From Rhodobacter capsulatus SB 1003 (GTDB lineage: Bacteria; Pseudomonadota; Alphaproteobacteria; Rhodobacterales; Rhodobacteraceae): a stretch of DNA of 32,000 nucleotides. The notes under the pieces were generated by a model, which was not told where the DNA came from, did no database searches, and worked only from the letters and a program-made list of their open reading frames with translations. This document shows positions 16,801 to 24,895 of the stretch, piece by piece. Made by a program: the position numbers and the translations under genes. The stretch lies in assembly GCF_000021865.1 (NCBI RefSeq), contig NC_014035.1, forward strand, positions 30,001-62,000, read 5' to 3'. How positions within the stretch are numbered: the stretch's first letter is position 1; each line of letters starts with the position of its first letter.

Positions 16801-17029
16801 CATGCACGGACGAAGGCTGCCAGTTCGGGACAGGAAGGTCAAGCTGTCCGGAACGCCCGGCCGCCTCGCCCTCGCGCCGCGGTGCCGCGCTCCGCCGTCT
16901 CTCGACGGCCTGCCGGAAAGTCTTGCCTGGCCGTCGAAGCTGGACCTGACGCGGATCATCCCTTACGGTCGGGAGGGTCTGCTTGCTCGCAGCGGCATCT
17001 ACCCCACCGACGTCCTGGAGGATCTACCT

Positions 17030-18040
17030 ATGAAATTCGTTTCTTTCAAATCCCTTGCGGGAGCCGCGCTTGCGGTCGGCCTGATGGCGCAGGGCGTTGT
17101 GGCGCAAGACCTGCAGTTTTTCAGGATCGGAACCGGAGGCACGGCCGGGACCTACTATCCGATCGGCGGCCTGATCGCGAACGCGATTTCCAATCCGCCG
17201 GGATCGCGCGCCTGCGCGGATGGCGGGTCTTGCGGCGTGCCCGGGCTGATCGCCACTGCCGTGGCCTCGAACGGGTCGGTCGGCAACGTGAATTCGATCA
17301 ACGGCGGCACGCTTGAGGCAGGCTTCAGCCAGTCCGACGTCGCCTTCTGGGCGCAGACCGGAACCGGCATCTGGGAAGGTCAGCCGCCGGTCGAAAAGCT
17401 GCGGCTGATCGCGACCCTTTACCCCGAAAGCATCCATCTTGTCGCCACCAAGGCGTCGGGCATCACCTCTGTTGCCGATCTCAAGGGCAAGCGGGTGTCG
17501 CTTGACGAGCCGGGATCGGGCACGCTGGTCGATGCCAAGATCATTCTGGGCGCCTTCGGCCTGACCGAAGCCGACATCACGCCGGAATATCTGAAACCCG
17601 ATCAGGCCTCGGACCGGATGCGCGACGGGGCGATGGACGCGTTCTTCTTCGTGGGCGGTTATCCGGCCGGTGCGATCGCCGAACTGTCCAGCCAGCATGA
17701 GGTGGTGATGGTTCCGATCACCGGCCCCGAGGTCGATGCGCTGCGCGCCGAATACAAGTTCTTCGCCAATGACGTGGTTCCGGCGGGCACCTACAAGGGC
17801 CAGGACGCCGAAGTGCCCACCCTGTCGGTGGGCGCGCAGCTGGTGACCTCGGCCGATCTCTCCGAAGAGCTGGTCTACGGCATCACCAAGGCGATGTTCA
17901 ACGAGACCACCCAGAAGCTGTTTGCCAACGGACATTCCAAGGGCAAGTTCATCACGCTGGAAAATGCGGTGCAGGGCGCGGGTATCCCGTTCCATCCGGG
18001 CGCCGAAAAGTTCTATAGGGAAGTCGGCGCGATCAAGTGA
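17030..18040 (+). CDS. TAXI-family TRAP transporter solute-binding protein
   Basis: Start at ATG 17030 (GGAGGA SD), giving MKFVSFKSLAGAALAVGLMAQGVVA followed by FFRIGTGGTAGTYYPIGG and NSINGGTLEAGFSQSD, which are typical TAXI (TIGR02122-like) motifs. The track ORF's upstream 135 aa are rejected. Confidence 0.9.
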   Translation: MKFVSFKSLAGAALAVGLMAQGVVAQDLQFFRIGTGGTAGTYYPIGGLIANAISNPPGSRACADGGSCGVPGLIATAVASNGSVGNVNSINGGTLEAGFSQSDVAFWAQTGTGIWEGQPPVEKLRLIATLYPESIHLVATKASGITSVADLKGKRVSLDEPGSGTLVDAKIILGAFGLTEADITPEYLKPDQASDRMRDGAMDAFFFVGGYPAGAIAELSSQHEVVMVPITGPEVDALRAEYKFFANDVVPAGTYKGQDAEVPTLSVGAQLVTSADLSEELVYGITKAMFNETTQKLFANGHSKGKFITLENAVQGAGIPFHPGAEKFYREVGAIK

Positions 18041-18062
18041 TCGGCCTGTTCTGAACCGACCG

Positions 18063-18098
18063 GGAACGCGATCGCGACCGCCGATCGCGTTCCTTTAT
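18063..18098 (+). terminator. Intra-operon hairpin with T-tract between the TRAP binding-protein and permease genes (partial terminator/attenuator)
   Basis: GGAACGCGATCG-cgaccgc-CGATCGCGTTCC followed by TTTAT. The stem is a perfect 12 bp, 22 nt after the stop codon. Confidence 0.5.
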
Positions 18099-18123
18099 CT
18101 ACACGAGCCTTGAGGATACCCCG

Positions 18124-20184
18124 ATGAGTGACGGCAAACGCGCGATGACCGCAGCGGAGCTTGCAGCGATCGAAGAACAGTTCGATCCCGAAGCGCGCTT
18201 TCGCACCGTCACGCGGCCCGTGGCCACTCTGGCGGGGGTGATCCTCTTCGCGCTGGCCTGCTATCACTACTATACCTCCGGTTTCGGCATTCCGCGCGCC
18301 ACCACCCATCGCGGCATCCACATGGGGGTGTCGCTGCTGCTGATCTTCCTCAGCTTTGCCGCGCTGTCCTCTCGGCGCCACAGGACGCATGGTTTTGCCG
18401 TGCTTGGCCTGCCGGTCACGGACTGGCTTTTCGGCATCGGGGCACTGGTCAGCGCGCTTTATGTGCCGTGGATCTATGATCAGCTTGCCTTCCGCATCGG
18501 CAATCCGCTGCAGATCGACGTGGCGATGGGGACGATCCTTCTGGTGACCCTGCTTGAGGCCGTGCGCCGGTCGATGGGCTGGCCCTTGCCCCTCATCGCG
18601 CTGATGTTCATCGGATATGCCTATTTCGGCCAGTCGATGCCGGGGATCTTCGTGCATCCCGGAGCGGACTGGTCGGGGATCGTCAACCACCTTTACCTGT
18701 CGTCGCAGGGTGTCTACGGCACCGCGCTGGGTGTCATCGCGACCTATGTGTTCCATTTCGTGCTGTTCGGGGCGATGGCGCAGCGTATCGGGCTGGGTCA
18801 GTTGTTCATTGACCTGGCGACGGCGCTGACCGGGCGCTTTTCCGGCGGTCCGGCGAAAGTGTCGGTCGTGTCCTCGGCGCTTCTGGGCTCGATCTCGGGC
18901 TCGTCCATCGCCAATACGGTGACCACCGGCGCGCTGACCATTCCCGCGATGATCAAGATCGGCTTCCGGCGTCATTTCGCGGCGGCGGTCGAGGCGGCCG
19001 CCTCCACCGGCGGTCAGATCACCCCGCCGGTGATGGGGGCGGTGGCGTTCCTGATGGTCGAATATCTGGGCATCCCGCTGCGCACCATCCTGATTGCGGC
19101 CATCGTGCCCGCCTTCATGCACTTTTTCGGGGTGCTGGTGCAGGTGCATCTGGAGGCCCGGCGACTGGGCATCCGCGGCCTGCGCAAGGAAGAATTGCCC
19201 AATGCGATGCGGGTGCTGCGCGAGGGCTGGCTGTCGATTCTGCCGCTGATCCTGCTGGTTTACATGCTGATGTCGGGGCGCACGCCGTTTCTGGCCGCCT
19301 TCTGGGCGATCACCGCCTGTATCGTGATCTATGCCATTCAGCGGGTGATGGCGGCGGGGCTGGCCAAGGGCATCCGCGAGTTCGCCGCGGGCATCTACGA
19401 GAGCTTCATCTCGGGCGCCAAGGGCGCGCTTGCCGTGACGGCGGCTGCGGCGCTGGTGGGGGTTGTCATCGGGGTTGTCACGCTGACGGGCATCGGCTTC
19501 AAGATCGCGTTCATGCTGACCAGCGTGGCCCAGGGTTGGGCGGAAAGCACCCATGCTTTCCTCGCCTTCCTGCCGATCGAACTGTTCAGCATGTCCACGC
19601 TCGCACTCTTGTTCACGCTGATGATGACGGCGGTGGTGTGCATCTTGATGGGCTGCGGGATTCCGACGACGGCAAACTACATCATCATGGTCGCCGTGGC
19701 GGCCCCGGTCCTGTCGATGATGAATGTCGAGCCGCTCGTGGCGCATTTCTTCGTGTTCTACTTTGGCGTGCTGGCGGATGTGACGCCCCCGGTGGCGATG
19801 GCCGCCTATGCCGCCGCGGGGATCGCCGGGGCCAATGCGTTCAAGGCCGGCAACACCGCGTTCCGCCTTTCGATGGGCAAGGCGCTGGTGCCGTTCATGT
19901 TCGTGTTCTCGCCGTCCTTGCTGCTGGTGACGGCAGATTTCAGCTGGGGATCGTTCGCGCTGGCGTTCAGCGGGGCCGTGCTTGGCATCATCGCGCTGTC
20001 GGCGGCCATCACCAACTGGCTGCTGCGCCCGCTGCTGCTGATCGAACGGGTGGCTCTGCCGATTGCGGCGCTGCTGATGATCGCGCCCGAGATCATCTCC
20101 ACCGTGATCGGGGCGGCCATCCTGGCGGCGGTGACCCTGCGTCAATGGCTTGCGGACCGCCCCCGATCGCCCGCCGTCCCCTGA
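18124..20184 (+). CDS. TRAP transporter fused small/large permease (TAXI-type, TIGR02123-like)
   Basis: 686 aa and highly hydrophobic throughout. The N-terminus ...EEQFDPEARFRTV... precedes many TM segments, and the gene is immediately downstream of the TAXI binding protein. Confidence 0.9.
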   Translation: MSDGKRAMTAAELAAIEEQFDPEARFRTVTRPVATLAGVILFALACYHYYTSGFGIPRATTHRGIHMGVSLLLIFLSFAALSSRRHRTHGFAVLGLPVTDWLFGIGALVSALYVPWIYDQLAFRIGNPLQIDVAMGTILLVTLLEAVRRSMGWPLPLIALMFIGYAYFGQSMPGIFVHPGADWSGIVNHLYLSSQGVYGTALGVIATYVFHFVLFGAMAQRIGLGQLFIDLATALTGRFSGGPAKVSVVSSALLGSISGSSIANTVTTGALTIPAMIKIGFRRHFAAAVEAAASTGGQITPPVMGAVAFLMVEYLGIPLRTILIAAIVPAFMHFFGVLVQVHLEARRLGIRGLRKEELPNAMRVLREGWLSILPLILLVYMLMSGRTPFLAAFWAITACIVIYAIQRVMAAGLAKGIREFAAGIYESFISGAKGALAVTAAAALVGVVIGVVTLTGIGFKIAFMLTSVAQGWAESTHAFLAFLPIELFSMSTLALLFTLMMTAVVCILMGCGIPTTANYIIMVAVAAPVLSMMNVEPLVAHFFVFYFGVLADVTPPVAMAAYAAAGIAGANAFKAGNTAFRLSMGKALVPFMFVFSPSLLLVTADFSWGSFALAFSGAVLGIIALSAAITNWLLRPLLLIERVALPIAALLMIAPEIISTVIGAAILAAVTLRQWLADRPRSPAVP

Positions 20185-20478
20185 CAGAAAGTCCCCAAAG
20201 CGCCGTGATTGCCGGAAGGCCGGCCTTTCCCGATGACGGAATGACAGCTCTCTTGCTGCGCCATGCGTCATCCGCGAAAAGCCGCTTTCCGCCGAGATCG
20301 TGTCAAAACTTGCCGACTCTGCGACCCGGACAGTCCAGCGCGAGATGGCGGCCTTCAGAGACCGTGGCTGGCTGATCAAGAAACGCCCCGCGGCGCGATG
20401 GACCCGCTGCCGAGGTGGAGGATCGCAAGGTGATCCCCTCCCGCAGATCGCCTTAGCTGACGGTGTTGAACGGGCCAC

Positions 20479-20528
20479 TTGACGAAATGCGGCGGCAGTC
20501 CTAGCTATATGTCTAGCCAGCTAGCCAG
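20479..20528 (+). promoter_or_regulatory. Candidate vapBC promoter and operator repeats
   Basis: TTGACG (20479-20484), a 17-nt spacer, then TAGCTA/CTATAT. A tandem direct repeat CTAGCCAG CTAGCCAG (20513-20528) abuts the first ATG, and there is a further CTAGC at 20501. Confidence 0.35.
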
Positions 20529-20783
20529 ATGGGTGCGTTGATGTGGACCGTTCAGGATGCCAAGAACAAGTTCAGCGCGGTGGTCGAAGCTGCGCTTGCG
20601 GGTCAGCCGCAAGAGGTGAGCCGTAGAGGCAAGCCCGCGGTGGTGGTTGTTTCCGTAGAGGAGTATCGACGACTTCTGGCCGGGGCGGTGAAAGCGCGCG
20701 AAAGCTTTGCGGATCATCTGATGGCGTTTCCCGGGGGCGATGTGCCCCGGGCCACTGTTGCCCCGCGCAATGTGGACTTCTGA
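20529..20783 (+). CDS. vapB: Type II antitoxin, Phd/YefM family (VapB role)
   Basis: 84 aa. MWTVQDAKNKFSAVVEAALAGQPQEVSRRGKPAVVVVSVEEYRRL is a classic Phd/YefM N-terminus. An alternative start is ATG 20541. The stop overlaps the toxin start (TGATG). Confidence 0.85.
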   Translation: MGALMWTVQDAKNKFSAVVEAALAGQPQEVSRRGKPAVVVVSVEEYRRLLAGAVKARESFADHLMAFPGGDVPRATVAPRNVDF

Positions 20784-21184
20784 TGTACATCCTTGATACG
20801 AATGTCATTTCTGCTGTGCGTCGTCCCGACCGCGCGCCGAAGGTGGCCGCCTGGCTGCGCGGAAAAGCGGAGCAGGATCTCTTTTTGAGCGTCATCACGC
20901 TGGGCGAGATCGAACGCGGCATTCGTTTGCAGGACCCGCGTGATCCCGACTTTGCGCGCGACCTTCGCGTTTGGCTGGATCGCACCGTTCTGATGTTTTC
21001 GGACCGCCTGCTTCCTTTCGAGGCGGAGGATGCGCGGATTTGGGGCCAGCTGTCCGCCGCCATCGGACATAATGGCGCGGATCTCATGATCGCCGCCTCC
21101 GCGCTGCGCCACGGCGCAACGGTCGTGACCGGGAATGTCAGCGATTTCGCCCCGACCGGAGCGATGTTGGAGAACCCATTTTAA
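20783..21184 (+). CDS. vapC: Type II toxin, PIN-domain ribonuclease VapC
   Basis: 133 aa. It begins MYILDTNVISAVRR (first acidic residue), followed by ITLGEIERG, ARIWG and a C-terminal TGNVSDF, matching the canonical VapC/FitB-like layout. Confidence 0.9.
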   Translation: MYILDTNVISAVRRPDRAPKVAAWLRGKAEQDLFLSVITLGEIERGIRLQDPRDPDFARDLRVWLDRTVLMFSDRLLPFEAEDARIWGQLSAAIGHNGADLMIAASALRHGATVVTGNVSDFAPTGAMLENPF

Positions 21185-21352
21185 GGGCCTTGTGCGGAAT
21201 TCGCGCCGAGACATGAGAGCCAGGCACGGTATCCGTGGCCCCGGCAGCGGTCCCGAACCCGGCGCTCAGCCGGTCAGCGCCGCCTCCGCCATCGTTCCGA
21301 TCATTCGAGGGGCCGAAAATCGGGGTTTATCGGGCCGATGCACCGCTTGCAT

Positions 21353-22573
21353 TCAGGAATGCGGGCGCGGACCCAGCAGCAGGGGCGCAAGCGCGATCAG
21401 GATCAGCATGAAGGCCAGCGCCCAAAGCGTCGCCGCAAGGATCGTGCCGGGAGTGTAAAGCGCCAGCGGCCCGACGGCGGCGGCCCAGCGAAGCAGCGCG
21501 GCCAGCGGGATCAGCGCATAGGCCAGCGCGACGGGGAAGGGGGCGACCAGCGGGCGGCCGGTATGGCCGAGCGTGGCGCGGCTCATCACCGCGCTGACCA
21601 TCGTGCCGATGCCGCCGATGGCGGAAAAATGCAGCGCGCCGATCTGAGATCCGATGCCGAAGGCGGCCAGCCCCTGCAAGAGCGCGCCGAAGCCCACCAG
21701 CGCCATCGCCGCATGCAGGACGGCCAGGATCGGCTCCCCCCGCACCGCCCAGCCCTGCCAGCGCGCGATGCGGATCAGCTGGGCCGCGCCAAGGGTCAGT
21801 TCCGCCGTGCCGATCACCGGATCCGGCAGGCCAAGGGTGATCGCCAGCGCGGCGGCGATCGCGGCACCGACGGCCAGCCTGTCGGCCGGTGCGAAGCTGA
21901 CCGGCAGGCCCGGGGCCCGGGGCTTGCCCAGATCCGGGGCCGCGCCCGCCAGCATCGCCCGGCGCGCCAGCGCGTTGCGGGTGAAGGCCGGGGTGATCCG
22001 CCCGCCGATGATGACGATCAGCGCGATCAGCGTTGCCAGCGCCCCGTGCAGCCCCGCGACGGCATCGCCCATCGGCCAGCCGAGCAGATCCAGCAGCACC
22101 CGCAGCTGCGCCCCCCAGATCAGCGCCACGACGCCCAGCACCAGCAGATTGGCCGGTTTCGGCGCCGCCCGCAGCATCAGCCAGATCCGCCCGGTCAGGA
22201 CCGGCAGGAAAGCCAGCGCAAGCCCGGCGGCCAGCGGCGCGGGCAGCGCCCCCCAAAGCCACATCCCGACCCGTCCGGCCAGCCACAGCCCCCCGGCCAG
22301 GATCAGGAACCGCGGCCCGGCCGGGGCGGCGCCGGTCCAGTTCGGCACCGCCGTCAGCAGGAACCCCGCCGTCGCCGCCGCGCCGAAACCGAAGATCATC
22401 TCGTGGCCATGCCACCATTGCGGCACCATATCGGCGGGCAGCTCCATCATGCCGCCAAACGCGTGCACCGCAAGCCACAGCCCCCAGACCAGCATCGCCA
22501 CCGTGCCCCAGACGGCAGAGAGCAGGAAAAACAGACGGAAGCCTTCGGAAAAAAGGCGTTTGAGGGCGGTCAT
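21353..22573 (-). CDS. nnrS: NnrS family heme/copper membrane protein (NO-stress response)
   Basis: 406 aa. FSEGFRLFFLLSAVWG...WHGHEMIFGFGAAATAGFLLTAVPNWTG is the hallmark NnrS N-terminus, and there are about 12 TM segments. Confidence 0.9.
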   Translation of the reverse strand: MTALKRLFSEGFRLFFLLSAVWGTVAMLVWGLWLAVHAFGGMMELPADMVPQWWHGHEMIFGFGAAATAGFLLTAVPNWTGAAPAGPRFLILAGGLWLAGRVGMWLWGALPAPLAAGLALAFLPVLTGRIWLMLRAAPKPANLLVLGVVALIWGAQLRVLLDLLGWPMGDAVAGLHGALATLIALIVIIGGRITPAFTRNALARRAMLAGAAPDLGKPRAPGLPVSFAPADRLAVGAAIAAALAITLGLPDPVIGTAELTLGAAQLIRIARWQGWAVRGEPILAVLHAAMALVGFGALLQGLAAFGIGSQIGALHFSAIGGIGTMVSAVMSRATLGHTGRPLVAPFPVALAYALIPLAALLRWAAAVGPLALYTPGTILAATLWALAFMLILIALAPLLLGPRPHS

Positions 22574-22626
22574 GGCAGGTCCTTTCGCGATCTGTGCGCA
22601 GCTTGGCGCAAAGCGCCTTGATCCCC

Positions 22627-22640
22627 TTGATGAAAGTCAA
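22627..22640. promoter_or_regulatory. FNR/NnrR/Dnr-type (CRP-FNR family) binding box TTGAT-N4-GTCAA
   Basis: It has one mismatch to TTGAT-N4-ATCAA. It is centred about 60 bp from the nnrS ATG and about 62 bp from the divergent small ORF ATG (22696). Confidence 0.55.
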
Positions 22641-22695
22641 GGAAGGCCCGCGAGCGGCGGGGGATCACGGAAACGGGAAAGGCATGGAGGCCTTG

Positions 22696-22962
22696 ATGAC
22701 GACATCGTCCCGCACCACCCCCCCGGCAGCGATCCCCGGGCGCCTGCCGCGCCTGTCCCGCCTGGGGCTGCTGCTTTATCCCTTTGTCACCGCGGCGGTG
22801 GCGGTCAACCTGTTCATGCTGGGACTGATGGGGCAGGCGCTCGGCTTTGCCGCGCTGTCGCCGACGGCGGCGCTGCTTTGGGCGCTGCCCTTTGGCCTGC
22901 ATGCCAGCGTGCTGGCGGCGCGCTGGGTCCGAAGCCTGATTGCCGAGGCTGGCGGGATCTGA
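22696..22962 (+). CDS. Hypothetical small membrane protein (about 88 aa, two predicted TM helices)
   Basis: A GGAGG SD lies 5 nt before ATG 22696 (alternative start 22684). Third-position GC bias is strong, as in the real genes here. Hydrophobic stretches are LGLLLYPFVTAAVAVNLFMLGLMG and ALLWALPFGLHASVLAA. The ORF ends at a perfect hairpin terminator. I do not recognise a family. Confidence 0.5.
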   Translation: MTTSSRTTPPAAIPGRLPRLSRLGLLLYPFVTAAVAVNLFMLGLMGQALGFAALSPTAALLWALPFGLHASVLAARWVRSLIAEAGGI

Positions 22963-22963
22963 C

Positions 22964-22987
22964 GCCGCCCCGGACAACCGGGGCGGC
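22964..22987. terminator. Bidirectional hairpin terminator between convergent genes
   Basis: GCCGCCCCGG-acaa-CCGGGGCGGC, a 10-bp perfect stem, between the stop at 22962 (+) and the stop at 22996 (-). Confidence 0.55.
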
Positions 22988-22995
22988 AAGGGGGC

Positions 22996-24414
22996 TCAGG
23001 ACAGGACCCGTTTCAGCGCCGGAACGTGGCGCAGCAGCAGCGCATCGAGCGCCAGCACCGCAAGGATCGCCGCCCCGCCCAGCGGAAAGGCCAGCCCGAC
23101 CAGCACCGCGACGACAAGCCCGCCAGTCCAGAGCCGCGCCTGCGGCCCGCGCGGCGGCGCGGCCAGACGCCCGGCCGCAACCGGACGACGCTTCCACCAC
23201 AGCACCACGCCCGCGACGCAGGACAGCACCAGACCGGCGCAGATCAGCAGGTTCAGCGCGACGCTCCACCAGCCCAGCTGCCCCTCGTGCAGGGCGATCC
23301 CCACCGCCATCATCTTGCCCATCAGCGGGTAATCGGCAAAGCGGACATCGGCCAGCACCTTGCCGGTATACTGGTCAAGATGCACGGTGCGGTCGCTGGT
23401 CGGGGTCGGGCTGTCATAGCTTTGCGAATCGCGCGACAGCGTCCAGACCCCGGTCGCATCGGCGGGCGCCGAAACCTGCACCCGCGCGTCAAAGCCAAGC
23501 GCCCGGGCCCCCGCCATCACCGTCTCGAAGGTGACGGGCGTCCCCGGCGGCAGCAGTTGCACCCCCGCCTGCGAGCCCGAGGCGGGCAGCTGCACCAGTT
23601 CCAGCACCCAGGGCACCTCTTCCTGCGCGGTATGGTTCATCGCGGCATGGGTTGCGTCCGAAAGCGGCACCGCATCCCATTTCGCGGCCGGAAAGCTGGA
23701 CCAGGGCTGCACGATCCTGCCGCCCCAGACGCCGGTCCAGCTCATGCCGGTGAGCAGGAAAAACGCAAGGAACAGCGCGACCCAGACCCCGGTCGTCACA
23801 TGCAGCGACTTCCAGAAGCTGCGCCCCCGCGCGGCCAGATCGGGCACCAGCACCGCGCGCCAGCCTTTGCCCTGCCGCGGCCAGGCCAGATAAAGCCCGC
23901 TGGCCAGCATCATCACCGCAAGGCTGGCGGCGATTTCCACCAGCGTATCCCCCGGCCCGCCATTGCCGCCCCAGAGCAGCTCGCCATGCAGGTTGGTCAG
24001 CCAGTCGTTCCAGGTGCCCGCCTCGGGACGATCGGAAACGACCGCGCCCGAATAGGGATCGACGGCCAGCATCCGCGCCGTCTCGCCGTCCTCTACCCGC
24101 ACGATCGCCGGGGTCCGGTCGTCGCGCGGGGAGATGTATTTGTCGGCCCGGCTGCCCGGATGCGCAGCCTCGGCGGCGGCGATCTGCGCGCCGACGCCCA
24201 AGGCCTGCGCCGCGGGGGCGATGGCGATGCGGTCGCCATATTCCGAATCGATGGCGGTGAACCACACCATCAGCGCCCCGGTGACGGCCAGCATCAGCAG
24301 GAAGGGAACGACGTAAAGCCCGGCGTAGAAATGCCAGCGCCAGGCGGTGAAGTAAAAGCTGTTCAGGCGCGGCTGCGCCTCGGGGGGCGTGGCCCCCGGC
24401 GGTAGATCGGTCAT
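22996..24414 (-). CDS. PepSY-associated TM (PiuB/FoxB-like) membrane protein
   Basis: 472 aa. Repeated PepSY_TM signatures are present: FTAWRWHFYAGLYVVPFLLMLAVTG, NLHGELLWG, FWKSLHVTTGVWVALF and GIALHEGQLGWW...WWKRRP. An AGGAGA SD lies upstream. Confidence 0.85.
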   Translation of the reverse strand: MTDLPPGATPPEAQPRLNSFYFTAWRWHFYAGLYVVPFLLMLAVTGALMVWFTAIDSEYGDRIAIAPAAQALGVGAQIAAAEAAHPGSRADKYISPRDDRTPAIVRVEDGETARMLAVDPYSGAVVSDRPEAGTWNDWLTNLHGELLWGGNGGPGDTLVEIAASLAVMMLASGLYLAWPRQGKGWRAVLVPDLAARGRSFWKSLHVTTGVWVALFLAFFLLTGMSWTGVWGGRIVQPWSSFPAAKWDAVPLSDATHAAMNHTAQEEVPWVLELVQLPASGSQAGVQLLPPGTPVTFETVMAGARALGFDARVQVSAPADATGVWTLSRDSQSYDSPTPTSDRTVHLDQYTGKVLADVRFADYPLMGKMMAVGIALHEGQLGWWSVALNLLICAGLVLSCVAGVVLWWKRRPVAAGRLAAPPRGPQARLWTGGLVVAVLVGLAFPLGGAAILAVLALDALLLRHVPALKRVLS

Positions 24415-24444
24415 GATGTCTCCTGTGAAAGTCGTGAGCTCTGG

Positions 24445-24843
24445 TCAGGTCACGGCAGTCACGGGGGGGCCGGTGGCGGGCGGCAGGCCGGTCACATGGC
24501 CGTCGCGCAGGATCGTCGGGGGCGGTTTGATCCGGGTGGCCCGCGCCATCCGCACCGGCAGCGGCAAGCCCGCGGGCAGCGCGGCAACCGGCGCCGCCAG
24601 ATGGCAGCAGGCCCAGCTGCAATGCCGGTCATCGGAGGCGGGCAGCCGATCAAGCGGCTTTCCGCTGTCAAGATCAAGGATCACCGACACCGGGCCATGG
24701 CCCGAACACAGCACCATCTCGAGCGTGCCCGAAGCCGCGCGCAGCGGCCGCACCGCGGGCGGCAGCAGCGCCGCCAGAACCAGCCCGAGAACGAGCGTCC
24801 AGACGGCAAGCCGGTCAAGCTTTCTGAAGGCCGGTGCTTTCAT
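24445..24843 (-). CDS. Small membrane-anchored Cys/His protein, DUF2946-like
   Basis: Start chosen at MKAPAFRKLDRLAVWTLVLGLVLAALL (N-terminal TM). It continues ...EMVLCSGHGPVSVILDLDSGKP...DDRHCSWACCH. The family assignment is from memory of DUF2946 patterns (xxxC.G.G...D..G.P....HC..C) and has not been verified. Confidence 0.55.
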   Translation of the reverse strand: MKAPAFRKLDRLAVWTLVLGLVLAALLPPAVRPLRAASGTLEMVLCSGHGPVSVILDLDSGKPLDRLPASDDRHCSWACCHLAAPVAALPAGLPLPVRMARATRIKPPPTILRDGHVTGLPPATGPPVTAVT

Positions 24844-24895
24844 GTCTCTCGCAGTAATCACGCCGCCGTCATGCGTCAATATGGCGCAGACCGGG

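Noticed and set aside
18013-20478. 821-aa minus-strand ORF
   Set aside because: It is antisense to the TRAP fused permease. The sequence is a striking Arg/His/Asp/Gln/Gly low-complexity run, the mirror of a hydrophobic GC-rich gene, with no domain logic.
20237-20482. Open frame ending in ...SKLADSATRTVQREMAAFRDRGWLIKK... (track ORF 20300..20482)
   Set aside because: It has no credible start or SD, and only about 35 residues are wHTH-like. It is treated as a possible gene remnant (see findings), not annotated as a CDS.
21338-23534. Plus-strand ORFs 21338..22621 and 21654..23534, minus-strand ORF 21327..22640, and ORFs 23026..24405 and 23489..24622
   Set aside because: They overlap nnrS and the PepSY-TM gene in the wrong frame or strand. 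They are Arg/Pro/Ala-rich. nnrS and PepSY-TM have unmistakable family signatures in the frames that were called.
24844-24895. TTGACGCATGACGG upstream of the DUF2946-like gene as an FNR box or internal promoter
   Set aside because: It is not palindromic (TTGAC...GACGG) and has no convincing -10 element. This is insufficient to call.
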